DNA from: Convolutriloba macropyga | Lineage: Eukaryota | Length of the DNA stretch: 64,000 nucleotides | Assembly (NCBI RefSeq): GCF_964194025.1 | Contig: NC_134475.1 | Span: 44,206,001-44,270,000 of the forward strand | Direction of reading: 5' to 3' | In this document: positions 1 through 14,385 of the stretch, piece after piece | How the letters are laid out: each line of letters begins with the position of its first letter | How positions within the stretch are numbered: the first letter of the stretch is position 1 | The notes under the pieces: model-generated | Databases searched by the model: none | The model's input: only the letters and a program-made list of their open reading frames with translations | Told to the model about the DNA's origin: nothing | Program-made: the position numbers and the translations under genes

Positions 1-447
1 GAGATAACTACATTTATCGAGTTATAAGTTAACAAAAACAATCTTCTAATTGCTACTTTGTGTACACCTTTCGCGGATTTTTTTTTTTAAATTATTCAAA
101 AGACATTACTGAATGATTCCATTTGCTGTCGCAGGGGCTTCCTAAATGGGTAAAAAGTTGTCAAAAATAGAAAATTCCAAACAAATTGAGAATTTCATCT
201 ATTTTTCTGCTTAGATTTTTTTCTTTTTTTTTGAAGTGATATCCAATTGCAAAAGAATTGAGGGCAGTGCTCAGTGATCCAGTCGGATCCGTAAACTGTC
301 CTCTCTGAGTGCATAATGGTTTTATGTGTAATGCAATGATAACTTGACGCTTTCTGATCTTGAACTCTAAAAGTAGGAAATTTTGTCACGTGTTATATTC
401 TGATGTTCAGAGGAATTATTTATACTCAGAGGAATTAACTCTCTCTT

Positions 448-789
448 NNNNNNNNNNNNNNNNNNNNNNNNNNNNNNNNNNNNNNNNNNNNNNNNNNNNN
501 NNNNNNNNNNNNNNNNNNNNNNNNNNNNNNNNNNNNNNNNNNNNNNNNNNNNNNNNNNNNNNNNNNNNNNNNNNNNNNNNNNNNNNNNNNNNNNNNNNNN
601 NNNNNNNNNNNNNNNNNNNNNNNNNNNNNNNNNNNNNNNNNNNNNNNNNNNNNNNNNNNNNNNNNNNNNNNNNNNNNNNNNNNNNNNNNNNNNNNNNNNN
701 NNNNNNNNNNNNNNNNNNNNNNNNNNNNNNNNNNNNNNNNNNNNNNNNNNNNNNNNNNNNNNNNNNNNNNNNNNNNNNNNNNNNNNNNN
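448..789. other. assembly gap (N run)
   Basis: Run of N directly visible, preceded by a short (CT)n. Confidence 0.99.
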
Positions 790-1104
790 TCACTCAAAAT
801 TGCAAAAGAAAAAAAATGACAGGACAACACAGCCCCTTGTGATTTTTAGTTGAACAATAAAGTTTACTTTGAAAAACTGCACCAAAACTATCATCATCCA
901 ATGAATAAAAAAATTATTTAAAGTTATTTCCACAGAATAATCAGTATACTTGAAACTGAAAAACCAACTCCGTAGTCTTTCAACTTGCATTTTGAGACAT
1001 GGTTCATGCAGACATTCTCATACTTTTTCCCCGCACTATGTTTCAGTTCAAAGAAGTTAGTACAAAACGATTGAATATGCTGTTTAACCTTTAAATTAAT
1101 TTAG

Positions 1105-4012
1105 GCAGTTCATATCGTGTCCGGACAAAACAGTCCCTGACAAAACAGTCCCTGACAAAACAGTCGCAGACAAAACAGTCCCAAATTGCAAAATATTCCC
1201 AGACAAAATAGTCCGATAAAAGCAGAAAAAATAGCCCCAGACAAAATAGATGTTTGAGTTTTAAAAACTTGTTTCACACCCAAACTACTAATTGAATTAC
1301 ATAATGCCATGTCTCACAACAGCGCTCAAAAGATCTGCCAAGAAAAAGACTACGAGAAAAAAACAAATAAGCAAAATTTAAAAAAATTAATGACGAAAAC
1401 TCAATATCTAAATGTAAAAGGAGCTAGTAAACAACGTCAAAATGCATTCAGATAAAAGCTTAACTGCACAAATTTTCTTTTACCTTAAGTATTCAGCAGA
1501 TGGGACTTTTCGTTAAGAAGACCAGGTAACAAGTAAAAAGGAAAAATAATGATGCTAAATTCAAACATCTATCAACATTTTTTAAAACAAATAATTTCAA
1601 ACGTCTTAAAATCACTAGCTTTAACAAAACAATTCTCCATATGTTTGTTATGAAACAATTACGAAACTGATAAGACCGGTCTTTGCTTAGACTAAGCCAT
1701 AGAAACGTACTAAAGATACAGAAAATCTCAAGAAAATACAAATAATCTGCGGAAACAAATCGATGAGGCCATTAAAAGTATTAGCTACATCTAAATTTTG
1801 CTTTTTTATTTAAATTGTGATCTATACTGATCGAGCTAAAATTATACTGAACGATTAAATAAGTTCACTTGGGCCACATTTGAAAACAATTGGGCTCAGT
1901 GATTACGCGAACGTGGTAAAAAAATGAAAAAAAAACAGACATTGACAACTCACAAAACATTTATGAAAACGCATATTTTCCTCGAAACAAAACATCAGTT
2001 ACAATATAATATCAATCGAAAATTTAATTTTTGAATAACAAGGAGTTGGATGGAAACACTCAATGATGAGAATTAGTTAAAAGTCGACGAAAGCAACAAC
2101 AAAACTATACAAAAAACAATACAAAAACGAAAAAAAACAAAAATAAAAAAGAATAATATAAGATTTGAGACTATTTGCTATCATCTAACAGCATAGGGTA
2201 ATATCATTTATTCAATCTTCAATTAGAAGCTTATGAGACCTTTCAGCACTTTGCGGCTACACAAAGAATAAAAAACAGCTAATTCTAAAAAAATGAGACA
2301 ACTGTCGACGCCATTAGAAAATGAATTTTTCAGTACAAGGAATTCTATTTTCAATTAATTTTTTAACAGCTATAAGCCTCCTCTTTCTGTAACTATAGGA
2401 CTTCAAAAAATCAACAAATATGGACAAATATTATAAAACCACGAAATCTTATCAGAAAACCCGTAGTATCAACGACATTAAATTCAGTAGCATTCAACCG
2501 AAGTCAATAAATACGCTACATTATCACTCGATTGGAAGAAATGCTGTTTGTCGTTGACCAGTCAGCGATCAGGAATCAGAATAAGTCTCATGACTTTTAA
2601 AAACAATAACAAATACAGACAAATACAAAACTCTTTAGAAAATTGCGAGAAGAAAGTGTCGAATCCATTTGATCCAAGAGCTTTTCTCTGAAAACTTTAT
2701 CATTGATTCTTTTAACGTCTTCTCTGAGCCAATGGGAACTATCAATTTTAGGATAATGCGATAAGATTCCAAAAAACAAAATTAAGAAGAAAATATCCAA
2801 AGATTTTAAAATATATATAGAAACTCGTCGCATTGAAGTCATAAAGCCAATAATTGAAGGAAAAAACAATTAGCCAAATTAATGTTGGTTGCAGTACGAA
2901 ATACGGGGGTCCTGTCATTACTGAAATTCAATTAGAGTTAGCAAAAATAAGCTTAATACCGGCTAACGTTCAAAAAAATTCAAGAAATTATTTTTCAATG
3001 TCTTAACAACCATTAGCTTTCCACTCAAAGCACTAGATAGGTTCACTTAATTCTCATTAGGAAAACTATTGCACTTTTAGTCATCGTCTCTATGGCATAG
3101 GACTTCTAAAATTCAGTAAAATTTAAAAGAAAATCAAAATTTCATTAAAAATTACGAACACTCAGTGTCGAAGGCAAAAAAAATTATGAGCGATTCCTTG
3201 TAAGCTATTTTATCTGTTCATTGGGCATCATTGGAATGTAATGAGGTTTGTCATTAGCGGTTCATCGATATGAAAGGTGATTATTTTAGTGACTTAAAAA
3301 AATAAAATTTCTAATAAACAGCTCTGAAATAGAATTCGAATTTTTTTGATAGTAAATCTCCCTGTGAGACAAGAACTAGTCTTTTTTATCGCCTTTCGTC
3401 TATTGGGAACACCAAATTCATGCATCTTGTAGCGTGAAAGTTAATTGTGAATTAATTTTTTCTGGTAAAAATGTTAATTCGAACATAAATTACGTTAAAA
3501 GTGAACAAAAGTGAACCAAATATCCCGTGTTCACATGAAACTTTAAACCTCGATAACTCCTCGAAAAAAAAAACGAAATTAAAAAACTTCTTTAATTGCG
3601 AATTCTACGCTAGACGAGCTTCTCAATGATACTACTCACATTTCTCTACGGTGAATATATCGATCGGACAAAATTGTCTGAACAAAAAAAACCATTTGAG
3701 TTTATAGTTCCTCCCCACACAAGTGGGATCGGAACGATTAACAACCATAGTCTATGCGTTAATTTTCTGAATGTTTTGTTTTTAATTGATACGAACAAGG
3801 ATTATAAGAAAAAGTTGTTTCAAAATACATATTTTGGCTAAAACTAAGTAAAAATCAGCTTAATGTTTTGTCTGGGAATATTTTGCTGTTCGGAACTGTT
3901 TTGTCCGGGATTGTTTTGTCTGGTATTGATTTCAAGTACCAGACATGGCACTTGTACCAGACATGGCACTTGTCCCGGACATTATAATATGGCACTTGTT
4001 TTGTCTGGTACA
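1105..4012. mobile_element. non-autonomous TIR/foldback-type DNA element with subterminal GACAAAACAGTCC repeats
   Basis: Tandem GACAAAACAGTCC-like motifs at ~1120-1245 are mirrored in inverted orientation (TGTTTTGTC.GG) at ~3863-4010, including GCAAAATATTCCCAGACAAAA / TTTTGTCTGGGAATATTTTGC. No intact transposase inside; exact ends and TSD not resolved. Confidence 0.6.
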
Positions 4013-4960
4013 AATTTCACCAACAGGAATTTAATTTTTGGAAGTATGGTTTCGTTTGAAAAATATCAATTCTCTTCACAGATTATTACGCTATCTTTTA
4101 AATGTCTTCAAAGAAGCGGTATCATAGTCTCCAAACTCTGAGCTTTAATACGTTTCGCTCTCAAGGTTTCAAGCAATTACAGAACCAATTACAATTTCCT
4201 TGAAGTATCATTGTGGCAAACGGATCATTCATTTGCACAGAAAATTGGATAAGTCCTCGAACGCCTAATTTGGATCAATGCGGGAATGGATTTTCATCAT
4301 TTTTAAGAGTTAGCGCATCTTTTAGAGCCAGAAGACAGTTTTCGTTAAACTTGGCGTCTTTTGTAAAACTTTTGTAAATTTTCTTGTCCACATTTAAGAA
4401 ACCTCCATTTTAAAATGACAGGATAGTGATCACCGAAACTTTCGTGCTCAACTACTTCAACACTGTGATTTAGATTTTGTACAATTAAATGGTTAGTACA
4501 ATAGAAAAGACTGTTACTCTTATAGCTTTATTCTGGAATAGTTGAAATCCATTGGCTAATATTTAGCATTTGTTTACCGTTTAAAATTTCAATGTTAAGA
4601 TGTGAAACTAAAAATTATGTAAGTTTGAAAAACCTATAGAATATGGCTTCAATAATTTGTGGATGAGAGGGGTCGAAACATATTGTGCGACTGAACACAA
4701 CCGATCCTACATATTGACAGTTACCACGCAATAGCTGCAACTGGCTGTAAAACTGTATTCAAATAGATTAATTTAGTAAAATCTCAAATCTCAATATTCT
4801 ACTAAAAAGAAAATATAGCCCGTCCAGCTATCTTTTTATGCAAATACAACAGCACATTAGAAACATAAACAGACTAACGTTGGACGGACTTCCTCGGTCG
4901 ACTGGCGTGTCAGACAATTTAGGGGTATGGGCTAGGGAAATACTTTGGGCGCAAAAACTT

Positions 4961-5035
4961 CCGATTGGGGAGGGGTTTGAACCCACGACCATTTGGATGA
5001 GAGTCGGTAACATTACCCTCATCGCTTCAAGTGCT
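4961..5035 (-). pseudogene. degenerate tRNA-like sequence / SINE head
   Basis: Minus strand reads ...GGTCGTGGGTTCAAACCCC, a T-arm/B-box signature; no complete cloverleaf. Confidence 0.35.
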
Positions 5036-5263
5036 ATCTATGGTCATCGCTCACAATCGGTTCCATTTTAGCAACAACTTTTAGCAGCGACTTAACTTCT
5101 GAATCACTCAAAAATCAAAAGTCAAACGTGAAAAAGTCACTTAAGAAGAGAAATCGATAGAATGTTCTAAAAGAAAACGGTCAAACAAAAACTTAGCATT
5201 AAAAACAGAAACACGTTTACAAAAATTGCTTCAAACTTGGTTCGAGAGCAATTAAAAACTCAC

Positions 5264-5639
5264 TGAGAATGATGAAGGCGACAATCATTGTAAAAGCTGT
5301 TTGAGTCTGCATCAAGAAACCAATCTCCGTCAGAGGAAAGTACGCCAAGCTCGAATAAAATAAAGCAGCTGCTGCAGAATCAAAGCCAGATCGCAGGAAC
5401 AAAAGCTTCCAATTTTTCTGAATTTGGCGGACACCGTCATAGCCACAAGAATAGATCGTAATTAAAAGCAATACCTGAGCTGCGAAGAAACCACGGTATA
5501 AAAATGGCACCAGAGGCGGCAATTTTGAAATTTTGACAAGAGAGAATATCGCTGTCATGCAGACACACGCCAGGATTCCGATAAGCTTTCCTCGAGAATG
5601 TGTCCAGACAATTTGAAGACAAGCCAGCACTGATTGCAT
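5264..5639 (-). CDS. first coding exon of an EamA/DMT-family (SLC35G-like) transporter
   Basis: Hydrophobic ORF with the pattern LLFLRSGF..AALFYSSLAYFPLTEIGFLMQTQTAFTMIVAFIILS typical of the first EamA repeat; GTGAGT splice donor begins at 5263 on the minus strand. Downstream exons not located. Confidence 0.75.
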
Positions 5640-6918
5640 AGTTCCAGTGAAAAATGTAAATATGATAGAAATAACAGAAAATAAATAGTCGTAATCGTAT
5701 TTACAATTGAGATGATATGTTACAAAGCACGCTATAGACCTGAGAACGATAGATTACCGGAATTGCACGGAAGAAATAGTAGTAAGTATTGGCCGCGTTG
5801 GATAATACATGTTAACCTGCAATAACAACAACAAACATGAAAAACAGAAATTGGAACCTCCCAAAACTGTCACTTTCCTTTTTTCTTAGTTATGGATTCG
5901 AATCCACTCTAGAATGCAAATTAGGGCGTTGTTTAATGCATATTAATCAAGTCGAATGATTATAAAAAATCCAATTTCACGAAGAAATTCAGAAGTAAAA
6001 ATTATTTTCATCAGACGCGGTTATTGACCGTCACGCGCGCAAAATATGCTTAAAATTTGCCATGTAGCTTTTCGCTTAAATTATAAAAAAATCTGTCTGA
6101 GCTGAGAAAAATGCATTAAAATTTCATTTTCGATTATTTTTGAGCATGCATTAAACAATGCTAGCATAAAATTTAGCTCAAATTGTATAAAACTTGTTTA
6201 ACTATAAACAAAAAGCAGCGGCAAATTAACTACAGTTCAACGTCGTTCACCACAGAAAACCAAGTTAAAAGCTTTCAGTTATTCAAATTTTTATGTAGCC
6301 TTCACAGTCACACTTAATTAATTTTAGTTCTCAGTTCAAACGGCCTACCGCCTGTGATTGAGTGGTTGAATGTCACTTAAAAAACCTTATATTTGTGTGC
6401 AAAGATGCCAAATTTCTTCAAAAATTATTATTAAAGACAGTACATTGGAAATCATGTGACAACTTAACAACAAAAAGCTGATTTTAATTCCTTGGGTTAT
6501 GAATTAAATTGATATTAACTGGTTACTTAAAACTCACTCGAGTTTCCTAACAGTTCTTGATTAAATTTGAGAAGTATTAACTATCGGCGAACTCCACTTG
6601 ACCCCGTTTGTTTGTCCTCTTCTTCTTTTACCTCACTAAATAACGTGTTTACTAAGTGCTGTCTCCTAGTACTCCATGAAATCTATTTGCGATGTTGGGC
6701 CGTTGAAGAGACACCTCAATTTTCAATTTCGCGACAAAAAAAATGAGAAAACAGTACACCTTTTATCGCCGTGTCATATTTAATGCCAGCGAGCAGACGT
6801 TTTTTCGCATCCCAAGTATGCAATAGACATAAATAGACCAGAACAAAACGTGATTAATTTCAACATATTTATTTATGGCGGCTGTTCATAGTTCTAGCTG
6901 TGATTCACATCGAAAAAC

Positions 6919-9900
6919 TGCCGTGGTCGATAACACGTGTCAAAACAGTTCACTAAGTTGACTTTTAAATTAAAATTGAAACCGAAAATATAAACAATTT
7001 AGCTCGTATTTATAGTAGTTATCTATGCAAAAATATACAGAGAAAATTTAGATTTGCTAAAAATATTTTATTTGACTGACATATGAATAGATCTTTAGTT
7101 CCGAATCCCGGACGTGTTTTTCTATTCTCATCAGCATTTTATGAAAATCACATACGGCCTAGATACAATCGAGTTCATTAGTTGGAGGTCGGTGGATGTT
7201 AGAATCAGGTTTCTATGGGTGGGGGAATTTACTTCTGACATCTTATTGATAGGTCAAAAAGATAATCATTACGCCAAACAAAATCAGAATCCAGTTGAGT
7301 TTTTGATCGTCTTATCCTCCCTCCTTTAAGCAATTTTGTGGGTATAGGTTCTCCAAATCTGTCGGGTTGTTTTCTATTTCTTGTTGATGTTCGTGCGGGT
7401 TGTCGTTGCACTGCAGTTGATGTGGCTGCAGAAGCTTTGTTTTGATGTGAAGGCCCCAAATCTTTTCTGAAATTGGGTTATGGTCCACTCAACTGGTGGT
7501 TCAGTTTTCACATTGTCCTCGTCTAATCACGCAAATTAGGTTGTCGCTCATTAGGATAGTCAGTGGAGTTTTCGGGCTGTTTGAAAGATGTGTTCAAGCC
7601 TTTCCTGAAAATTGCAGGAACTGTCTTTGTTTTTTCGTTGACCCTGAATACAATGCGTTCGCACAAGTCGAAGTCAGCTATTACTGGTAGTCTCACTCTG
7701 CATCCCAATAGAAGTTCAACCCGAATTTTGTCCCTTTGCTTGCGATGTGTCTCAGTGCCAATAGCAGAATGCTCAGAATGACGCATTAAGATTGAGTCTT
7801 CACGCTTGAAGTGCCCACGTCACAGTCTGAACAGCTCTCTCAGCCAGTCCATTAGCTCTTGATAGACGGGTGATTCCATTTTTTTACTGTTTACTCTACC
7901 ACTTTCAAATTCAGGGCCCTTTTTGAGATACTAAAGTTTTTGGTATTCCCAATCTTGCAAAGATTTGAATAAGATATACGTTAACTGTTTCTGATATTTT
8001 TCCCGAGGGGAAAGCTTCTAACCAGCCTGATATTGTGTCAACAATTATTAAGACATTGCCTCGGTCCTTAACATAGCCCCAGTCTATGTGAAGCCGTTAC
8101 CGAACGTCTGCATCTGGCAAAGCAGAGATTGTTTTTCCCAGGCTATGCCTGATCATTTGGCAATTCTTACAATTACTAACAAAATAGTGAACGCCTTGGG
8201 TAATGCCAGGCGACCATGTTATCAGTCTGAGTGCTGCCTCAGTTGCATTCTTCCCAGGGTGTGTCTCATGCGCTTTTGCCAAAACCAAATGTAGTTTGGG
8301 TGGAATGAAAGGAACACCTCGGAAGATAATACAATTGTTTATGGTCAACGCATCTTTCCGTTGTTAGAATCCTTTTTCCGCTTCTGAACATTGTTTTCAA
8401 TCGCCGCCTTTGATTTGTTTCTTTATGTCCTGGAAGAGTCTTTTCTTCAGGTTGTTTTGATTTCTGCTTGGTTTACCAAATCACTCTGAGCGAAGTAGAT
8501 GTCATTGATTGCGAAGCACACTCGATCGTTGTCGGATTCGTCATCATCAAAATCCATTCTGCTCAAAGCATCTGCATGGGGCATTTTATCTCCTGGTGTG
8601 TACTTCAACTCAAAGTCAAAGGCCATTAGAGCTATTGCCCATCTTGTGATTCTAGCTGATGCTGTTATCGTGATCTCCTCGTCTGGTGCAAAGAGATATT
8701 TGAGTGGTTTGTGGTCTGTCTGTAGGATAAATCGTCTTGATAGAAGAAACTAATTCATTCTTGTGACCACAAAGACAATTGCCAGTGCTTCACGCTCAAT
8801 GATTGAGTACGCTGGAGTCAATTTCCTCGAGACATATATTACTGGATGTCCTTTTTGCTAAAGAACTCCGCCAACTGCTTTTTCAGAGGGGTCAGTCATT
8901 AGTGGCTCCTTTTTGCAAACTGTAAGGCTGTACCAGTGGGTTGTTGTTGTACAAGGCTTGTTGTTGCATTTTGTCCCATGAGAAATCGCTATTTCTCATG
9001 TCAGCATTTTAGTTGCAAAATCAGAAATCAATCTTCCATAAAAATTTGCCAGCCCAAGAAATGATTAGGGTTGTCTGTGGTTAGTTGGTGTTTTCACATT
9101 TCTTTTAATTTCTCAACATACTTGAGATCTGGTGCTTTTTCCTCTTTTGCAATGGAGTATCCCAAAAAAAACGCTAGTGACTGCTTTTGAGTATGATTTT
9201 TTCTCATTAATCGTAAAACTTTTCTCACATAATCGACTGACTGCAAGCAAGCATTTGTCGAACTGCTCCTTAGTAGTTTCATAGACCAACACGTCGTCTT
9301 GAAAGATCAGAATACCACTGATTCGTTTAAGTGTTGATTCGATGCAATTCTGGAACATTGGAGAAGAGTGTTTAAATCCCTGAGGTAGTCGGCACATCTT
9401 GAACAGTCCCTGCGACTTGCCGATTGTGAATAGGTCTTTTGCCTCTTCGTCAAGTTCAATTTCATAGTAGGCATCTGAGAAATCAATTTTGCAGAAGTAT
9501 GAGGCCTCATGAAGGTTTTGAAAGATTGTCTCTATGCCTGGTATTGGGTAGTACTCATCCATGACCTTGCCATTGATATGTACTTTCAAGTCCGCACACG
9601 GTCTCAGTTCTCCACTCTTCTTTCTCTGCCACACCACTGGAGATGCATTAGTGACTCCTTCTGGCTGTACCAGTCGAAGGATGCCCTGTATGACCATCTG
9701 TTCCAGTTTCTCTGTGACCTTGTCTTGTAAAGTAGAGATCAGGCTTAGCAGAACAATGGCTGTGATCCTGGCATCAGCTTCAAATGAGCTTTGTAACCCT
9801 TCAAAGCAGGTAAGTATTGGGTTGTGAAGCTTTTTACAACGTGTTTGTGTAGAATGTCTCTGCCAAGTAGTCCAAATTCTCTCTCAGACTGCACAACTGC

Positions 9901-10775
9901 TAGTTCCTTCTGTGTATGCCTGCTTCCGTTCCACTCAAATGTAAGTGATCCCAGAAGCGTTAATTTATGACCATCAGCTTCGAGATGTCTTGTTTTGAGT
10001 CACAAAAGCGTGCCTCTCTATGACGTGCTAGGAAATCGTCATCTGACTCCCCTACACCTTGTATTACGGACAGAAACTTAGCCCTTTCTGTCTTTACTAC
10101 TCTCTTTAGGAGAAACAATTTTGAATAGCCGATCTGATGTCTTTATACGGAGTGTCTATCAAATTCCTAGGACTCCTAAGTTTAATAAATGCATCTTGAA
10201 CGCACATACTTAGAAAGAGGTTGGTTACCTGTAAGTCCACTATAGTACCCTCATTGCTGATCTTGTCTTTTTTCTTCGCTGCGCGAATTTCGCCACAAAA
10301 GACAATCCACGCAGTAGCCGGTTCTCCATTTTGTAGATCCAGGATTTGTCTGTCTGCTGATGGTCTGGACACCATTGTCGTGGTCATATCACGGGTCAAA
10401 AAAATTCAACAAGTTGAATTTAAATTAAAATTGGAACAAAAAGTATATAAAATTTAGCGTTATTATAGTAGTTATCTATGCAAAAATATACAGAGAAAAT
10501 TTTGATTACCTAAAAACATTTTACTTGATTGCCATGTGAATAGATCTTGGTTCCGAATCCCGGACGTGATTTTCTATTTTCGACAACATTTCATGAAAAT
10601 CATATACGGCCTAGATATAATCGATTTCATTAGTTGGAGGTCGGTGGATGTTAGAATCAGGTTTCTATGGGTAGGAGAATTTAATTCTGACTTCTGATGA
10701 TAGGTCAATAAGAAAATGACAGCACCAAAACAAAATAAGAACAGAGTTTAGTTTTGTGGCCATTACTTATCGACA
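6919..10775 (-). mobile_element. degenerate Ty3/Gypsy LTR retrotransposon
   Basis: Minus-strand RT (NASPVVWQRKKSGELR, KIDFSDAYY, RLPQG, FQDD), RNase H (~8550-8920) and integrase (AHETHPG..CKNC) fragments, internally deleted gag; diverged ~395-bp LTRs at 6919-~7312 and 10376-10775 (TGTCG...CGACA); TGG-starting PBS next to 10376 and PPT at ~7315-7328. Confidence 0.9.
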
Positions 10776-13700
10776 TAGCAGCAAAGTTGGTCAGGAAAAT
10801 TTTTCTTTCGTTCTTTGAAACTTTAATTAAGAAAACTTGATGTTTCTTTGAAACCACTTTAAGAATTCACAAAAGAAATAAGTTGATCCGCTAATTTCTC
10901 TCGCCTTTCCAAGTTCTCAGAACACCTATATACAAGAATTTTCTCATTAATCGTAAAATTTTTCTCACAATCGACTGACTGCAAGCAAACATTTGTCGAA
11001 CTGCTCCTTAGTAGTTTCATAGACCAACACGTCGTCTTGAAAGATCAGAATACCTCTGATTCGTTTAAGTGTTGATTCGATGCAATTCTGGAACATTGGA
11101 GAAGAGTGCTTAAATCCCTGAGGTAGTCGGCACATCTTGAACAGTCCCTGCGACTTGTCGATTGTGCATAGGTCTTTTGCCTCTTCGTCAAGTTCAATTT
11201 GATAGTAGGCATCTGAGAAATCAATTTTGCAGAAGTATGAGGCCTCATGAAGGTTTTGAAAGCTTGTCTCCATGCCTGGTATTGGGTAGTACTCATCCAT
11301 GACCTTGCCATTGATATGTACGTTCAAGTCCGCACACGGTCTCAGTTCTCCACTCTTCTTTCTCTGCCACACCACTGGAGATGCATTAGTGACTCCTTCT
11401 GGCTGTACCAGTCGAAGGATGCCCTGTATGACCATCTGTTCCCATCTGTTCCAGTGACTTAGCAGAACAATGACTGTGATCCTGGCATCAGCTTCAAATG
11501 AGCTTTTTAACCATTCAAAGCAGGTAAGTCTTGGGTTGTGAAGCTTTTTACAACGTGTTTGTGTAGAATGTCTCTGCCAAGTAGTCCAAATTCTCTCTCA
11601 GACTGCACAACTGCTAGTTCCTTCTGTGTATGCCTGCTTCCGTTCCACTCAAATGTAAGTGATCCCAGAAGCGTTAATTTATGACCATCATCAGCTTCGA
11701 GATGTCTTGTTTTGAGTCAAAAAAGCGTGCCTCTCTATGACGTGCTAGGAAATTGTAATCTGACTCCCCTACACCTTGTATTACGGACAGAAACTTAGCC
11801 CTTTGTCTTTACTACTCTCTTTAGGAAACAATTTTGAAGAGCCGATCTGATGTCTTTATACGGAGTGTCTATCAAATTCCTAGGACTCCTAAGTTTAATA
11901 ATTGCATCTTGAACGCACATACTTAGAAAGAGGTTGGTTACCTGTAAGTCCACTATAGTACCATCATTATTGATCTTGTCTTCTTTCTTCGCTGCGCGAA
12001 TTTCGCCACAAAAGACAATCCACGCAGTAGCCGATTCTCCATTTTGTAGATCCAGGATTTGTCTGTCTGCTGATGGTCTGGACACCATTGTCGTGGTCAT
12101 ATCACGGGTCAAAAAAATTCAACAAGTTGAACTTAAATTAAAATTCGAACCAAAAGTATATAAAATTTAGCGTCTTTATAGTAGTTATCTATGCAAAAAT
12201 ACACAGAGAAAATTTTGATTCCCTAAAAATATTTTACTTGATTGCCATGTGAATAGATCTTGGTTTCGAATCCCGGACGTGATTTTCTATTTTCGACAAC
12301 ATTTCATGAAAATCATATACGGCCTGGATACAATCGAGTTCATTAGTTGGAGGTCGGTGGATGTTAGAATCAGGTTTCTATGGGTAGGAGAATTTAATTC
12401 TGACTTCTGATGATAGGTCAATAAGAAAATGACAGCACCAAAACAAAATAAGAACAGAGTTTAGTTTTGTGGCAATTACTTATCGACATAGCAGCAAAGT
12501 TGGTCAGGAAAGTTTTTCTTTCGTTCTTTGAAACTTTAATTAAGAAAACTTTATGTTTCTTTGAAACCATCTTAAGAATTCACAAAAGAAATAAGTTGAT
12601 CCGCTAATTTCTCTCGCCTTTCCAAGTTCTCAGAACGCCTACATACAAGATTTTTCTCATTAATCGAAAAATTTTTCTCACATAATCGACTGACTGCAAG
12701 CAAACATTTGTCGAACTGCTCCTTAGTAGTTTCATAGACCAACACGTCGTCTTGAAAGATCAGAATACCACTGATTCGTTTAAGTGTTGATTCGATGCAA
12801 TTCTGGAACATTGGAGAAGAGTGTTTAAATCCCTGAGGTAGTCGGCACATCTTGAACAGTCCCTGCGACTTGTCGATTGTGCATAGGTCTTTTGCCTCTT
12901 CGTCAAGTTCAATTTGATAGTAGGCATCTGAGAAATCAATTTTGCAGAAGTACGAGGCCTCATGAAGGTTTTGAAAATTTGTCTCCATGCCTGGTATTGG
13001 GTAGTACTCATCCATGACCTTGCCATTGATATGTACGTTCAAGTCCGCACACGGTCTCAGTTCTCCACTCTTCTTTCTCTGCCACACTGGAGATGCATTA
13101 GTGACTCCTTCTGGCTGTACCAGTGGAAGGATGCCCTGTATGACCATCTGTTCCAGTTTCTCTGTGACCTTGTCTTGTAAAGTAGAGATCAGACTTAGCA
13201 GAACAATGACTGTGATCCTGGCATCAGCTTCAAATGAGCTTTGTAACCCTTCAAAGCAGATAAGTCTTGGGTTGTGAAGCTTTTTACAACGTGTTTGTGT
13301 AGAATGTCTCTGCCAAGTAGTCCAAATTCTCTCTCAGACTGCACAACTGCTAGTTCCTTCTGTGTATGCCTGCTTCTGTTCCACTCAAATGTAAGTGATC
13401 CCAGAAGCGTTAATTTATGACCATCATCAGCTTCGAGATGTCTTGTTTTGAGTCACAAAAGCGTGCCTCTCTATGACGTGCTAGGAAATCGTCATCCAAC
13501 TCCCCTACACCTTGTATTACGGACAGAAACTTAGCCCTTTCTGTCTTTACTACTCTCTTTAGAAACAATTTTGAATAGCCGATCTGATGTCTTTATACGG
13601 AGTGCCTATCAAATTCCTAGGACTCCTAAGTTTAATAAATGCATCTTGAACGCACATACTTAGAAAGAGGTTGGTTACCTGTAAGTCCACTATAGTACCA

Positions 13701-14385
13701 TCATTGCTGATCTTGTCTTCTTTCTTCGCTGCGCGAATTTCGCCACAAAATACAATCCACGCAGTAGTCGATTCTCCATTTTGTAGATCCAGGATTTGTC
13801 TGTCTGCTGATGGTCTGGACACCATTGTCGTGGTCATATCACGGGTCAAAAAAATTCAACAAGTTGAATTTAAATTAAAATTGGAACCAAAAGTATATAA
13901 AATTTAGCGTCTTTATAGTAGTTATCTATGCAAAAATATACAGAGAAAATTTTGATTACCTAAAAATATTTTACTTGATTGCCATGTGAAAAGATCTTGG
14001 TTCCGAATCCCGGACGTGATTTTCTATTTTCGACAACATTTCATGAAAATCATATACGGCCTAGATACAATCGAGTTCATTAGTTGGAGGTCGGTGGATG
14101 TTAGAATCAGGTTTCTATGGGTAGGAGAATTTAATTCTGACTTCTGGTGATAGGTCAATAAGAAAATGACAGCACCAAAACAAAATAAGAACAGAGTTTA
14201 GTTTTGTGGCCATTACTTATCGACATAGCAGCAAAGTTGGCCAGGAAAGTTTTTCTTTCGTTCTTTGAAACTTTAATTAAGAAAACTTGATGTTTCTTTG
14301 AAACCATCTTAAGAATTCACAAAAGAAATAAGTTGACCCGCTAATTTCTCTCGCCTTTCCAAGTTCTCAGAACGCCTACATACAA
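9195..14385. repeat. three tandem ~1.73-kb copies of an RT-gag-LTR-flank segment
   Basis: Units 9195-10935, 10936-12648, 12649-14385 are near-identical (same RT and gag ORFs thrice in the ORF track) and include ~160 bp of flank beyond the LTR. Confidence 0.95.

Noticed and set aside
360-842. ORFs spanning N runs (also 53086-53370)
   Set aside because: Artefacts of assembly gaps.
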